64,000 nt of DNA from a virus (IMGVR_UViG_3300036806_000217:23341-87340), one strand, 5' to 3'; positions 34,616-44,117 are shown, counted from the first letter of the stretch. The notes: generated from the sequence alone by a model not told the origin. Translations and numbers: made by a program.

Positions 34616-34920
34616 CCGGGCAGCAGCGCGGCCAGCAGTCGCCCCAGGGTGCGGTCAAACCGCCGATCCTGGCCGGTGTTCCGGCGACGCCACCGCAACC
34701 GTCAGGCGCGCCCCGGCTGCCGCTCAGCGTTCGCGAAGGCTCCGTCTGGTGCTGGGAGCCACTGAAGCCCCACGCCGCCGAATGCACCGTCACCGCGACC
34801 CGGTGGAACGGCGAGGAGTGGTGGATCGAGTTGGAGACGGGACGGGACCGGGCGCGCCACTGGAACGAGCTGGACCGGTTCGTTGAGGCGGCCGTCCTCG
34901 TCAGGCCCGGACCGCAGTAG
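34612..34920 (+). CDS. Hypothetical protein
   Basis: GTGA coupling; Trp-rich beta domain. Confidence 0.55.
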   Translation: MTGQQRGQQSPQGAVKPPILAGVPATPPQPSGAPRLPLSVREGSVWCWEPLKPHAAECTVTATRWNGEEWWIELETGRDRARHWNELDRFVEAAVLVRPGPQ

Positions 34921-34980
34921 CGACGGAGGTTCCCCCGATCCGCCTGCGCCCGTGCCGCCCCGGGTGCACACTCGAAGGAC

Positions 34981-35012
34981 CGGCCCCGTCGCATCCCCCG
35001 TCGACGGGGCCG
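34981..35012. terminator. Hairpin between convergent genes
   Basis: CGGCCCCGTCG...CGACGGGGCCG 11-bp stem. Confidence 0.6.
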
Positions 35013-35019
35013 CTGCATG

Positions 35020-35208
35020 TCAGCCCTCCGGCCGCTCGCCCCACACCTCGGGCGGCTTCTCGGCCCGCGCCATCCACCGGTTGCGCCCCGGCAACGCCAT
35101 CGCCCGGCCCGCCGCCAACGGCAGCAGCCCCTCGGCAGCACACAGACGCGCGAGCTCGGCCTCAGCCTCAGCCTGCGAATCCGCCTGCACCGTCACCGTC
35201 GTGGCCAT
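35020..35208 (-). CDS. Small hypothetical protein, probably leaderless
   Basis: CACCAT hexamer 7 nt before ATG. Confidence 0.55.
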   Translation of the reverse strand: MATTVTVQADSQAEAEAELARLCAAEGLLPLAAGRAMALPGRNRWMARAEKPPEVWGERPEG

Positions 35209-35347
35209 GAACATCATGGTGACGCCGCGTCACGGCGAGCGCACCCGAAACAGCACGATCCGCCACAAGCAGATGACCACGTCAGGGAAGCCACTGGCGC
35301 ATACTCAAGGCAGCCCCTGCCACTCCTGACCCTTCGGGAGCTGTGAC

Positions 35348-36049
35348 GTGCCCACCATCTGTCCTGGTCGATGCAACTCCGCTTGGCGCCGCGCCGAAGA
35401 ACTCGGCCGGCAACACACCCTCGAACCCGTCCCCGGCGAACCCGTGCACTGCTGGGCCTGCTACGCCGGAGCCCACACTCAACTCCACCAGCTCCCCGCC
35501 CTGTTCGACGCGATCTACCTCGAAGGCGAGGAAGGCACCCTCGCGAAGTTGGTCGGCACCATCGGCCGTGTCGGACTCCAGGCACCGCCGTGGCCCGGGC
35601 AGCACGCCCGCCTGTTCGCCGACGGCCTCGGGGAGGGCATCCTCATCCTCGCCAACGACGTCCGCGAGCACATGGACGAACCCTGGATGAACCCCGGCAC
35701 CGGTACCGCCACCATCAACCGCGCCATCGGCACCCTCATCCGGCACCTGCGCTGGCTGCTGGCCGAACACCCCTGCGCCACCGACTCCCACGGCGGACGC
35801 TCCGGCAACCCCGCCTGGCAGATCTACAGTTGGCACCGCTCCGCTGAAGTGTTCTGCAAGCAGGACGAACAGCGGCCGGTCGATCGGATCGCCGCCTGTC
35901 CGCGCTGCCGGGACCCGTGGATGCGATCGCGGAACGGCGTCGTCGAGTGCACCAACATGGACTGCCAAAATGTCATGTCCAACGACGAGTACGCCGTCCA
36001 CGTCCAGCGGCTCCACGACGCGGCGAAGTTCGCGGGCATCGCCGCTTGA
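35348..36049 (+). CDS. Zn-finger protein, probable late-transcription regulator (Q-like position)
   Basis: N-terminal CPGRC/CWAC, 'LRWLL', C-terminal CPRC...C...C; followed by promoter and terminator. Confidence 0.6.
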   Translation: MPTICPGRCNSAWRRAEELGRQHTLEPVPGEPVHCWACYAGAHTQLHQLPALFDAIYLEGEEGTLAKLVGTIGRVGLQAPPWPGQHARLFADGLGEGILILANDVREHMDEPWMNPGTGTATINRAIGTLIRHLRWLLAEHPCATDSHGGRSGNPAWQIYSWHRSAEVFCKQDEQRPVDRIAACPRCRDPWMRSRNGVVECTNMDCQNVMSNDEYAVHVQRLHDAAKFAGIAA

Positions 36050-36142
36050 CGAAAATTGCCATCATGCATGATCCTGATCGCACGAGCGGCATGTCCGCTT
36101 GTTGATCTCGGGCCCCGACGCTTCCCAGCGCGGGGCCTTTCT
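36046..36142 (+). promoter_or_regulatory. Late promoter followed by an intrinsic terminator (pR'/tR'-like)
   Basis: TTGACG at 36046 with GATCCT 18 nt later; hairpin GGCCCCG...CGGGGCC-TTTCT at 36111-36142. Confidence 0.55.
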
Positions 36143-36162
36143 GCATGTCCAGGAGGTGCCCT

Positions 36163-36390
36163 GTGGTGGATCTGAGTGTTGATCTGACCGCCACTCTGTG
36201 GACCGTCGAGCAGGCCGCCGAAGCAGCACAGGTCAAGCCGAACACGGTCCGCAACTGGAAGTACCGGGGCCGACTGGAGCAGGCCGGCACGGACTGGCGG
36301 GGTCGCCCCGTGTTCCGCGCGGTCGATGTGATTCGCGCCGAGCGGGCGACCCGCGAGAAGGCCCGCAGGGTGTACCCGGTCGCTGCCTGA
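36163..36390 (+). CDS. Small MerR/HTH_17-like DNA-binding protein
   Basis: AGGAGG RBS; 'TVEQAAEAAQVKPNTVRNWKYRGRL'. Confidence 0.75.
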   Translation: MVDLSVDLTATLWTVEQAAEAAQVKPNTVRNWKYRGRLEQAGTDWRGRPVFRAVDVIRAERATREKARRVYPVAA

Positions 36391-36533
36391 CTCCCGCCGC
36401 CTTCCCCCCACGGCGGGGTCCCGCGCCCGCGCCCCGTTTCGAGGGTGACGTGACGCGGGTTAGTCGCGCGTCTCGGCGCCCCCCGAGGCGCGCGACGCCA
36501 ACCAGCACAACCAACACCACCAAGAGGATCACC

Positions 36534-36911
36534 ATGAGCATCCCCCTGAACGGGTACATCGTCATCACCGAGACGGGCGAGAGCGTCGACACCGGCCAGC
36601 GGGTCCCCGTCAGCCACCGCATCGACGCCGCCTACTACAAGGCCGAGGGCAGTTTCACCACCTTCAAGGACGCCGACCACAAGGACGTCTTCACCGTCCG
36701 CAACGATCTCCTCGCGTCGGTCAGCCGCGTCGCTGTCGAAATCGACGCGCTCACGCTCACCGTGCAGGGTCTCCTCGACGCCGCCGACAAGCACGACAGG
36801 GCGGTCGGCTCGCACAGTCGCCGCGAGGAACTGCCTGACGGTCGGGCGACCGTGACGGACTACGAGATCACGGTCAAGGCCGTCGGTGCGTCCGCCGACT
36901 CGCCTGAGTGA
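36534..36911 (+). CDS. Hypothetical protein
   Basis: GAGGA RBS. Confidence 0.6.
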   Translation: MSIPLNGYIVITETGESVDTGQRVPVSHRIDAAYYKAEGSFTTFKDADHKDVFTVRNDLLASVSRVAVEIDALTLTVQGLLDAADKHDRAVGSHSRREELPDGRATVTDYEITVKAVGASADSPE

Positions 36912-37035
36912 TCGTCCGCTTCTGGTGCCACCTGGATTCCTGGTGGCACCGCCTGCGCCTCCCGGGCGGCTGGGTGTGCGACCGCTACGACCTGGCGCTC
37001 GGGCTGACGCGTGCCGAGCTGACGAGGCGGTGACG

Positions 37036-37182
37036 ATGCCCGCCTCCGACGCTCTGCGCTGGTGTTCCTGCGCCCACGTGTACGACAAGCACGCCGATGG
37101 CGGCACCTGCCGGGACCGGTCGCTGGACGGCTGGCCGTGTGAGTGCGAGCAGTTCGACGGCGACGACGAAGGCGAGGCGTGA
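37036..37182 (+). CDS. Small Cys/His protein
   Basis: 'CSCAH...H...C...CECEQF'. Confidence 0.45.
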   Translation: MPASDALRWCSCAHVYDKHADGGTCRDRSLDGWPCECEQFDGDDEGEA

Positions 37183-37361
37183 TGGCCAGCCTCGACCCGA
37201 TCACCGTGATCTGCCCGGAGTGCGACGTCCCCATCGTCATCCCAGTGAGTGCAACGCCGGGCGACTGGGTCGGGCTGCGCACCGTTGAGGTCCACGTCGG
37301 CATCGATCGCGAGCCGATCACCGCACACATCGCCAAGCACCAGACGGAGCCCACGGCTTGA
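37182..37361 (+). CDS. Small Zn-finger protein
   Basis: CPEC...HIAKH. Confidence 0.5.
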   Translation: MASLDPITVICPECDVPIVIPVSATPGDWVGLRTVEVHVGIDREPITAHIAKHQTEPTA

Positions 37362-37549
37362 CCGAGGACGATCCTGCCCGCGCCCGCCTCGCCCCGTTCA
37401 CCCACCCGTCCGACGTCGACGCCCGCTTCGGCAGCTGCTCGCGCTGCGGCGCTGACGCCATCGAGATCAACGGCCGCTGGTCGCACGACGCGATCTCCTG
37501 CACGCCCCGGTACGGGGTGGCCGCCGAGTTCGTGCCCGACGACGACTGA
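37358..37549 (+). CDS. Small CxxC protein
   Basis: TTGA coupling; GGAG RBS. Confidence 0.45.
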   Translation: MTEDDPARARLAPFTHPSDVDARFGSCSRCGADAIEINGRWSHDAISCTPRYGVAAEFVPDDD

Positions 37550-37673
37550 CCCACCCTCAGCTACCCGGAGCGCCAGCCGCTGCCGGGTGTTTCGCGTGCG
37601 CGCGGTCCCCGGTTGGGGAACTGCGGCGACCGCGCGCACCAGTTCCCCCGCAGTTCCCCGAAGGAGATCACCC

Positions 37674-38153
37674 ATGCTCGCCACCCTCACCCGCTCCGAG
37701 CGCCGCGCCGCTTCACGCGACGACGCCCGCGCCCACCCGGTCCCGGCCCGCGAGCCGTCGCACGGCCTCGTCGGCGAAATCGTCCACCAGCGGCACGGCG
37801 GACGCGTCCCGTACCAGGGCACCTGCTCCGGCCAGCGCCGCGTCAACGCCAAGCGCAACGCCCGCGCCGAGCTGTGGCGCACCGTCACGGTCCGCGTCAG
37901 CGACGAGATCGAGCCGTACTTCCGCCGGAGCATTCACCTGCTCGGCGACGGAGCCCGCGTCCAGGGCCGATCCATTCCCCTGGACTGGTTCGGCGTCGAC
38001 CTCGCCGTGCACATCCCCGGCGCGCCCGCGACGGCAGTCCGAGCCATGCCCGCCTACCGCAGCGTCTGGCGCGGCGACCGCTACGAGCCTGAGCTCGACA
38101 GCGTGACGTGGATCGACGCCGACGGGCGGCACTTCGAAGCCGAGGCCAACTGA
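37674..38153 (+). CDS. Hypothetical protein
   Basis: AAGGAG RBS. Confidence 0.6.
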   Translation: MLATLTRSERRAASRDDARAHPVPAREPSHGLVGEIVHQRHGGRVPYQGTCSGQRRVNAKRNARAELWRTVTVRVSDEIEPYFRRSIHLLGDGARVQGRSIPLDWFGVDLAVHIPGAPATAVRAMPAYRSVWRGDRYEPELDSVTWIDADGRHFEAEAN

Positions 38154-38467
38154 TGGCCATCCCGCCCTCGGAGACCTTCGCAGGCCGTCTGATCATCGTC
38201 TGGCCCAAGCCAGGCGGACCCGCTGTCCACGGCAACCTCGTCGCCTTCATCGACGCCGACAGCGGCGACCCGATCGTGACGATCACAGACCTCACCGTCC
38301 ACGTCGACCTCTACGCACCCGCCGTCGCCGAGGTCGCGATGTACGCCGACGCCGACGGCAAGCCACTGCTCGGCGCGCACGCCATGCCAGTTCGCGCCGC
38401 CGACGGCAAGGCCTACCGCACCGGCACGTTCCGGTGGCTCGTCGCCGAGATGCGAGTCGCGACATGA
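38153..38467 (+). CDS. Hypothetical protein
   Basis: TGATG coupling. Confidence 0.6.
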   Translation: MAIPPSETFAGRLIIVWPKPGGPAVHGNLVAFIDADSGDPIVTITDLTVHVDLYAPAVAEVAMYADADGKPLLGAHAMPVRAADGKAYRTGTFRWLVAEMRVAT

Positions 38468-38748
38468 GCGGCGGCTCCTACGACTATCTGTGCTTCAAGG
38501 CCGACGACCTCTCCGGTCGTCGCGGCACGGTCGAGGAGATGGCGCAGCGCCTGGAAGGACTCCCCTACGCCTCCCCGGCAGCCGCCGACACCCGACGCGT
38601 CCTCGCCCTGCTCGACGAAGCGCGCGCCCTCGCTGAACGGCTGTCCGACGTGTGGCACGCCGTCGAGTGGTGGGACTCCGGCGACTACGGCGAGGACGAC
38701 GCCCGAGAGGCCATCGCCAAGTACCGCGACATCAGCACCACAACCTGA
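38464..38748 (+). CDS. Hypothetical phage protein (MSGGSYDY type)
   Basis: 'MSGGSYDYL...HAVEWWDSGDYGED'. Confidence 0.7.
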   Translation: MSGGSYDYLCFKADDLSGRRGTVEEMAQRLEGLPYASPAAADTRRVLALLDEARALAERLSDVWHAVEWWDSGDYGEDDAREAIAKYRDISTTT

Positions 38749-38773
38749 CCCACCCTCACCCCTGGAGTCCCGC

Positions 38774-39073
38774 ATGTCTGCTCTCACCGACGAGTTCCAC
38801 GCCCTGGTCACCGCGCTGGAGAACGAGGGCCACGCCCTCGCCGCCCGCTTCCGCGCCCTGCTCGGCCACGCCCCCGCCCTGGAGGCCGAGGCGGTCGCCG
38901 ACGCCAAGCAGGTCGAAGCCGACGCCGTCGCTGCGGCCGAGCCCGTCATCGCCGAAGCCGAGGGCGACGTCAAGCAGCTCGCCGCCGAGGCCGTCGCCGA
39001 CGTCGAAGGTGCCACCGCCCCGCAGACCGCCCCCGACGTCGCACCCGCCGGGCCCGCAGCACCCACCGTCTGA
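38774..39073 (+). CDS. Ala/Glu-rich hypothetical protein
   Basis: GGAG RBS. Confidence 0.55.
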   Translation: MSALTDEFHALVTALENEGHALAARFRALLGHAPALEAEAVADAKQVEADAVAAAEPVIAEAEGDVKQLAAEAVADVEGATAPQTAPDVAPAGPAAPTV

Positions 39074-39099
39074 CCCGCCCGCCACCCGAGGGAGGCCGC

Positions 39100-39213
39100 A
39101 TGCCTCAGCAGCACACCGTCGTGATGACCGTCGAGGCATCCGGCACAGTCACCCCCGCCCCGCAGCCCGACGCCGCCGAGGCCACCGACGTGAAGGAGCC
39201 CACCGATGGCTGA
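39100..39213 (+). CDS. 37-aa peptide preceding the fibre cassette
   Basis: GGAGG RBS; overlaps next gene. Confidence 0.4.
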   Translation: MPQQHTVVMTVEASGTVTPAPQPDAAEATDVKEPTDG

Positions 39214-39604
39214 AGGCCTGTCCACCACCACGGTCTCCGGCCTGCTGAACGCCCTCAGGTCTACGGGTGCCGCATACGGGCCGCCCGCCGGGAACTACAT
39301 CCAGCTGCACACCGCCAACCCCGGTGCGGCGGGCACCACGGCGATCAGCGTCGGCTCCACGACCCGGCTCGCCGCCACACTCAACGCCTCCTCCGGCGGA
39401 TCCGCACTGGCCCTGTCCAGCTCCGTCGGCCCGTGGACCAACGGCGGCACCACGGAGACCATCACCGACATCTCCGTGTGGACCGCCAGCAGCGCCGGAA
39501 CATTCCTGTGGTCGGTGGCGCTGACGGTCAGTCAGCCTTGGATCTCCGGCAACTCGTTCACGCTGAATTCGCTTTCGGTGGCCCTAACCCCGCAGGCGGC
39601 GTGA
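39206..39604 (+). CDS. Virion fibre-associated structural protein
   Basis: 'YIQLHTANPG..GT', 'TITDISVWTASSAGTFL' pattern of phage fibre proteins. Confidence 0.65.
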   Translation: MAEGLSTTTVSGLLNALRSTGAAYGPPAGNYIQLHTANPGAAGTTAISVGSTTRLAATLNASSGGSALALSSSVGPWTNGGTTETITDISVWTASSAGTFLWSVALTVSQPWISGNSFTLNSLSVALTPQAA

Positions 39605-39641
39605 CCCCGCAGGCAGCGTGACGCCCTGACGGGGAGGGCCC

Positions 39642-41621
39642 ATGGCGACCTTCACCGACAACTTCAACAGGGCCGACGGCGCAGTCGGAGCCAACTGGGT
39701 CCAGGTCTCCGGCACCTGGACCGTCTCCTCCAACCAGCTCAGCTCGGGCACGACCGGCACCGGCCTCGTTCTGCGCTGCGCCACCGCCATGTCCACCAAC
39801 GACAACTCGGCGCAGATCACCATCGCGACGACGGCGGTCGCCAGCCACGGCGTCTGGTGCAGGGGCAATGCGGGCATCACGCAGGGCTACCTGTGGCGCA
39901 ACGACGGCACATCGTGGGTGCTTTTCAGCGTCGTCGGCGGCTCGTTCACCAGTATCGGCACCTACGCCGCAGCAGCCGCAAACGGCGACATTGCACTGAT
40001 CACCGCCGTCGGCACCACGATCAAGGGCTACGTCAACGGCGTCGCCAGGGTCACCGTCACCAGCACCACCGTCACGACCGGCCTCAACGTCGGCGTCCGC
40101 TCCGACGGCGTGTCCGCACTCCGCTTCGACGACTTCACCGGCGCCGACGTCACCTCCGGCATCACCGGCGACGCGGCACAGGCCAGCACAGCAGCACTGA
40201 CCGCCGCAGGTCTGCGGGCCGCAACCGGGAACACCGCACTGGCCGCCACCGCAGGGCTCACCGCCGGCGCAGTCCTGGCCGGCAACGGCGCCGCAGCCCT
40301 GGCCCCTACTGCCGCACTGACGGCTGGTGGAATCCGGGCCGCGGCCGGGGACGCCAGCATCGCCCCCACGGCCGGTCTCACAGCCAGCGGGGTGCTGGGT
40401 ACCGCGGGCGACACCGCCCTGTCCTCCGCGGCGAGCCTGACCGCAGCCGGGGTACGGGCCGCAACGGGCGACGCGGCCGTGGCTGCTTCTGCGAGCCTGA
40501 CTGCGGACGGCGTCCGGGCCGCGGCCGGAGCGGCCAGCCTCGCCGCATCGGCCACCGTGACCGCCACCGGCACGCTCGGCGCCAACGCTTCTGCCAGCTC
40601 GGCAGTCACCGCCGGGCTGCCCGCTACCGGCCTGGTCGACCACCCCGGACAGGCGGCACTCGCTGCCACGGCCACGCTCAGCGCGGCCGGACTGCGTGCC
40701 GCTCAGGCGGACGCCGCCATCGCCATGACCGCGATCCTCACCGCCTCCGGCCAGAGGGCGACCGTTGGCGACGCCGCGCTGAGCGCCACCGTGGCCGTCT
40801 CTGCCGCAGGGCAGCGAGGCGTCGTTGCTGACGCGAGCCTCACCGCCACAACCAGCCTCACCGCGCAAGGACAGGCCGCCCACGGCGGTACGGCCGCCCT
40901 CGCCGCGATCGCAGCGCTATCGGCCGATGGGACCACCGGCGGGCCGGGCGCCAACGCCGCACTCGGCGTCACGGCAACCCTCGCCGCAGCAGGGACGATC
41001 GCTGCAGCGGGCAGCGCCTCGCTCACCGCCACGGCAACGAACACCGCCGACGGAACCCGGGCCGCGACCAGCGGCGCAGCCACCACTAGCACAGCCACTC
41101 TCACCGCAGCCGGCCAGACAGCAGGCGCCGGCAACGCAACACTGGCCGCCACTACAGCGCTCACCGCGGCGGGACAGCGCGGAGCCGCCACCGGCGCGGG
41201 TGTTGCCGCCACCGTCGTCCTGGCCGCGCAGGGGCAGGTCGCCCGCAACGGCACCGCAACGCTCACCGCGACCACCGCGCTGACGGCCGACGGGATCACG
41301 GGCTCGCCGCTCGCCGGCGCTGCGCTCAGCGTCACGGCCACCCTTGGTGTGGCAGGGACCGTCGCCGCTGTCGGCAGCGCGGCACTCGCCGCTACGGCGA
41401 CGCTGACTGCCAGCGGGACGACGGCCTCCGCCCACGACAAAACCATCGTCAGCCTCACTGCCACCACCGCCCCGTCGCGCTGGACCCTCGGGCAGGCCGA
41501 CGACCTCGGCTGGAGCGTGCGCACCGCACCCGACCGCTGGCAGCTCGGCGAGGACACGCAGCCGTACTGGACCGTTCGCGAGGCGCCGGGACGCTGGAGC
41601 ATAGCCGAGGAGGACCAGTGA
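39642..41621 (+). CDS. Fibre-like protein: N-terminal beta-sandwich + about 21 x 20-aa Ala/Thr repeats
   Basis: 'TDNFNRADG...FDDF' domain, then GxAALxATAxLTAxG repeats. Confidence 0.75.
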   Translation: MATFTDNFNRADGAVGANWVQVSGTWTVSSNQLSSGTTGTGLVLRCATAMSTNDNSAQITIATTAVASHGVWCRGNAGITQGYLWRNDGTSWVLFSVVGGSFTSIGTYAAAAANGDIALITAVGTTIKGYVNGVARVTVTSTTVTTGLNVGVRSDGVSALRFDDFTGADVTSGITGDAAQASTAALTAAGLRAATGNTALAATAGLTAGAVLAGNGAAALAPTAALTAGGIRAAAGDASIAPTAGLTASGVLGTAGDTALSSAASLTAAGVRAATGDAAVAASASLTADGVRAAAGAASLAASATVTATGTLGANASASSAVTAGLPATGLVDHPGQAALAATATLSAAGLRAAQADAAIAMTAILTASGQRATVGDAALSATVAVSAAGQRGVVADASLTATTSLTAQGQAAHGGTAALAAIAALSADGTTGGPGANAALGVTATLAAAGTIAAAGSASLTATATNTADGTRAATSGAATTSTATLTAAGQTAGAGNATLAATTALTAAGQRGAATGAGVAATVVLAAQGQVARNGTATLTATTALTADGITGSPLAGAALSVTATLGVAGTVAAVGSAALAATATLTASGTTASAHDKTIVSLTATTAPSRWTLGQADDLGWSVRTAPDRWQLGEDTQPYWTVREAPGRWSIAEEDQ

Positions 41622-41938
41622 TCTCACAGTCGGTCCTGTCGCGAAAGTTCGTCCGACTCTCAGTTGGGGCGTCGGGCGTATCCGGGCCGGCCAATCCGAC
41701 CGGCGACGTGATCGCGATGGCGTTCACCACCGGCGATGCGCTTCCCGGCGACGACGAGTGGGTTGACGCATCATGGGCGAGCACGTCGCCACGGTCGGAC
41801 GGCAGATACATCGCACAGTGCCTCGTCGGACCGGGCGGCACGACGACCCTGGCGGCAGGCTCCTACTCGATCTGGCTGAAGATCATCGACTCGCCCGAGA
41901 TCCCGTGCGACCCCGTCGGCCTCCTGACGATCACCTGA
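41618..41938 (+). CDS. Ig-like (BppU-like) adaptor protein
   Basis: 'CLVGPGG...GSYSIWLKIIDSPEIP'. Confidence 0.6.
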   Translation: MISQSVLSRKFVRLSVGASGVSGPANPTGDVIAMAFTTGDALPGDDEWVDASWASTSPRSDGRYIAQCLVGPGGTTTLAAGSYSIWLKIIDSPEIPCDPVGLLTIT

Positions 41939-41948
41939 GGAGGTCATC

Positions 41949-42347
41949 GTGTTCGAACTCTCCGTCGTGATCCCGCCACCGCCCACCTGCTATGCCACCG
42001 GCTGTACCACGGACTCGCTGGTGCACTGGCAGCGACGACTCACCGCCGACGAGATCGCTGTAGCCCAGGACCTGGAACTGCAGCGGCGTGCCGACGCACC
42101 CGTACCGTTCCCCGACGGCGTGCCACTGCCCGACCCCGCGCAGTACAGCCACCTCGTCCACGCCTGCGGACAGCACGCCATCCACATGGAAGCCGCCACC
42201 CGCATCCATCAGAGCGGCTGCTCCGGACCGGACAGCGCAGCGCTGCCGGCCTGCGACTGCGAGCCCGAGCCGCACCCCGAGTCGCTGCGCCCGGAGCAGC
42301 CGGCACTGCCCGACCACTGGACCAGTGCGGCAACAGGAGGTGGGTAA
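41949..42347 (+). CDS. Cys/His-rich hypothetical protein
   Basis: AGGAGG RBS. Confidence 0.55.
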   Translation: MFELSVVIPPPPTCYATGCTTDSLVHWQRRLTADEIAVAQDLELQRRADAPVPFPDGVPLPDPAQYSHLVHACGQHAIHMEAATRIHQSGCSGPDSAALPACDCEPEPHPESLRPEQPALPDHWTSAATGGG

Positions 42348-42589
42348 TGCCCGTCGTCAAGCTCCGATGCAGCGAGCATCTCCTGCGCACCATGCTCCGC
42401 CTCGACGACCTGAACGCCGAGATCGTCGGAGCCCGCATGGCCACGGACATCGGCGGCAGCCCCGTCATCGAGTTCGAGGTCGACGCCCCCGGCGCACCCG
42501 ACGGCACCACGCAGATGCACCCCATCGTCAAGCAGGACCACGACAGCGGACGCGTCACCATGCTCGACCCCGGATGGCGCAGCGGCTGA
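42347..42589 (+). CDS. Hypothetical protein
   Basis: AGGAGG RBS; TAATG coupling. Confidence 0.55.
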   Translation: MPVVKLRCSEHLLRTMLRLDDLNAEIVGARMATDIGGSPVIEFEVDAPGAPDGTTQMHPIVKQDHDSGRVTMLDPGWRSG

Positions 42590-42607
42590 CCCGACTCAGG
42601 GGGCAAC

Positions 42608-42943
42608 GTGCGCAATCGCCCCTGCCTCAACTGCCAGACCCTCACCCGCAACTCCAGCCGCTGCGACACCTGCCAAGCAGCATGGCAGGCCAAGCACGAC
42701 CAGCAGCGCGGCTCGTCCACCCAGCGCGGCTACAACAGCACATGGCGGCGCACCGCCGCCCGACTCATCGCCGACTGGCGGGCCATCAACGGCGACTGGT
42801 GCCCCGGCCACCAGGTCGAACCGCACCCCGCCACGAACCTCACCGTCGACCACATCGTGCCCAAAGCCCGCGGCGGAACCGACGATCCCGAGAACCTGCG
42901 AGTCCTGTGCAGACCATGCAACTCGCGCAAGCACGACACGTAG
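42608..42943 (+). CDS. HNH endonuclease (packaging-associated)
   Basis: 'RGYNSTW', 'TVDHIVP...GGTDDPENLRVLCRPCNSRK'. Confidence 0.9.
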   Translation: MRNRPCLNCQTLTRNSSRCDTCQAAWQAKHDQQRGSSTQRGYNSTWRRTAARLIADWRAINGDWCPGHQVEPHPATNLTVDHIVPKARGGTDDPENLRVLCRPCNSRKHDT

Positions 42944-43471
42944 GGCGGCCGCCACCTTTTCGGGCAGCGCCAAGGTTTTAAGACGGCAAGAATTTCCAGC
43001 GCGACCCAGGATTTCGCAGCCGCATCCCAGCGGCCGGCCCGATTCCGTCATCGATCAACCGAAAACTTTCCAGCAGTCCAAAGGCGCCAAGACGAGATCG
43101 CCGGCGCCTGGCAGGGCGACGCCTTATGCAAGATCCACCCTGACGCCCCTGCCGCCTTGCTCAGTTCAGCAACCCCGGCATCGACCAACTCAAGCGACAC
43201 CCTGGTCGACCCCGCCCAACCAGCAGGTCGCCCCTGGCATCCCTCGCACATGGGCCAGACCGCCCGTCCACCCGCTCGACAACTCGGCATCGCCGGCCCG
43301 CATCAACGCCCTGGCCATGCACCCCCACTACGACGGCAGCCAGCCCGCCACGGTGACCCCGGACGGCCCACGCCCACGAAAGCGAAGCGAAAGCAAGAGG
43401 CCCGGCCGAGACCCACCGTCACCAGCGGAGACCAGCCTCACACTCCGTCACCACCGAGCCTCGCCGGCTAT

Positions 43472-43560
43472 GGGGCGGGGGGTGGGTAAATCTCGGAGCA
43501 AGATCGTCCGGGGGACCCGACCCCCCATCCCCCTCCCGCGCGTACGGGTTTCGAGCCCAA
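43472..43560. other. Candidate cos/packaging site region
   Basis: G-run GGGGGGTGGGTAAATCT followed by C-runs, between HNH and terS as in HK97-like cos phages. Confidence 0.4.
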
Positions 43561-43634
43561 TTTGGTGATCAAGGATTTTGGCGTCGGCAGCCTCTTCTCG
43601 ACATGACTGCCAGCAGCCTGCTGCGGGAGGTGCC

Positions 43635-44117
43635 ATGCCCGGCCCCCTGCCCAAGCCTGCCGAAGAGCGCCAGCGGCGCAACCACCGCGACCTGGGCATC
43701 GTCACCCTGCCTGGCGGCGGCATGCCGTCCTCCCCCAACGGCGTCTGCGCCGCTGCGAAAGATGCCTGGGATTCGTACTGGGGCGATGTGGTCGCCGGCG
43801 TCGTGCGTCCCGGCGACGCTTCGCTGGTGGACCGCTGGGTACGCAACATCGACCGCTACCACCGAATCATCGGTCTGGCCGACGCCGAGCCCGTCGTGAC
43901 CGGCTCTACGGGCCAGATGAAGCCGAACGGCCTGTACGACCTGGCGTTCAAGATCGAGGCGTCGATCAAGGCGGATGAGCAGCAGCTCGGGATCGGGCCT
44001 CTGAATCGCCTGCGCCTGGGCGTGAAAATCGCCGAAGGTGCGAAGTCCCTCGCCGACCTGACCGCCGAAGCCGAGGGGGGCGACGATGACGACCCTCGCG
44101 CCTACCTCACCGGCTGA
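43635..44117 (+). CDS. terS: Terminase small subunit (P27-like)
   Basis: 'MPGPLPKP', 'GSTGQMKPN', 'LGIGPLNRLRL'; overlaps terL. Confidence 0.8.
   Translation: MPGPLPKPAEERQRRNHRDLGIVTLPGGGMPSSPNGVCAAAKDAWDSYWGDVVAGVVRPGDASLVDRWVRNIDRYHRIIGLADAEPVVTGSTGQMKPNGLYDLAFKIEASIKADEQQLGIGPLNRLRLGVKIAEGAKSLADLTAEAEGGDDDDPRAYLTG

Noticed and set aside
40160-41430. DGR or tandem DNA repeat in the fibre gene
   Set aside because: Repeats are degenerate at DNA level and periodic only in protein; no reverse transcriptase or template/variable repeat pair seen.
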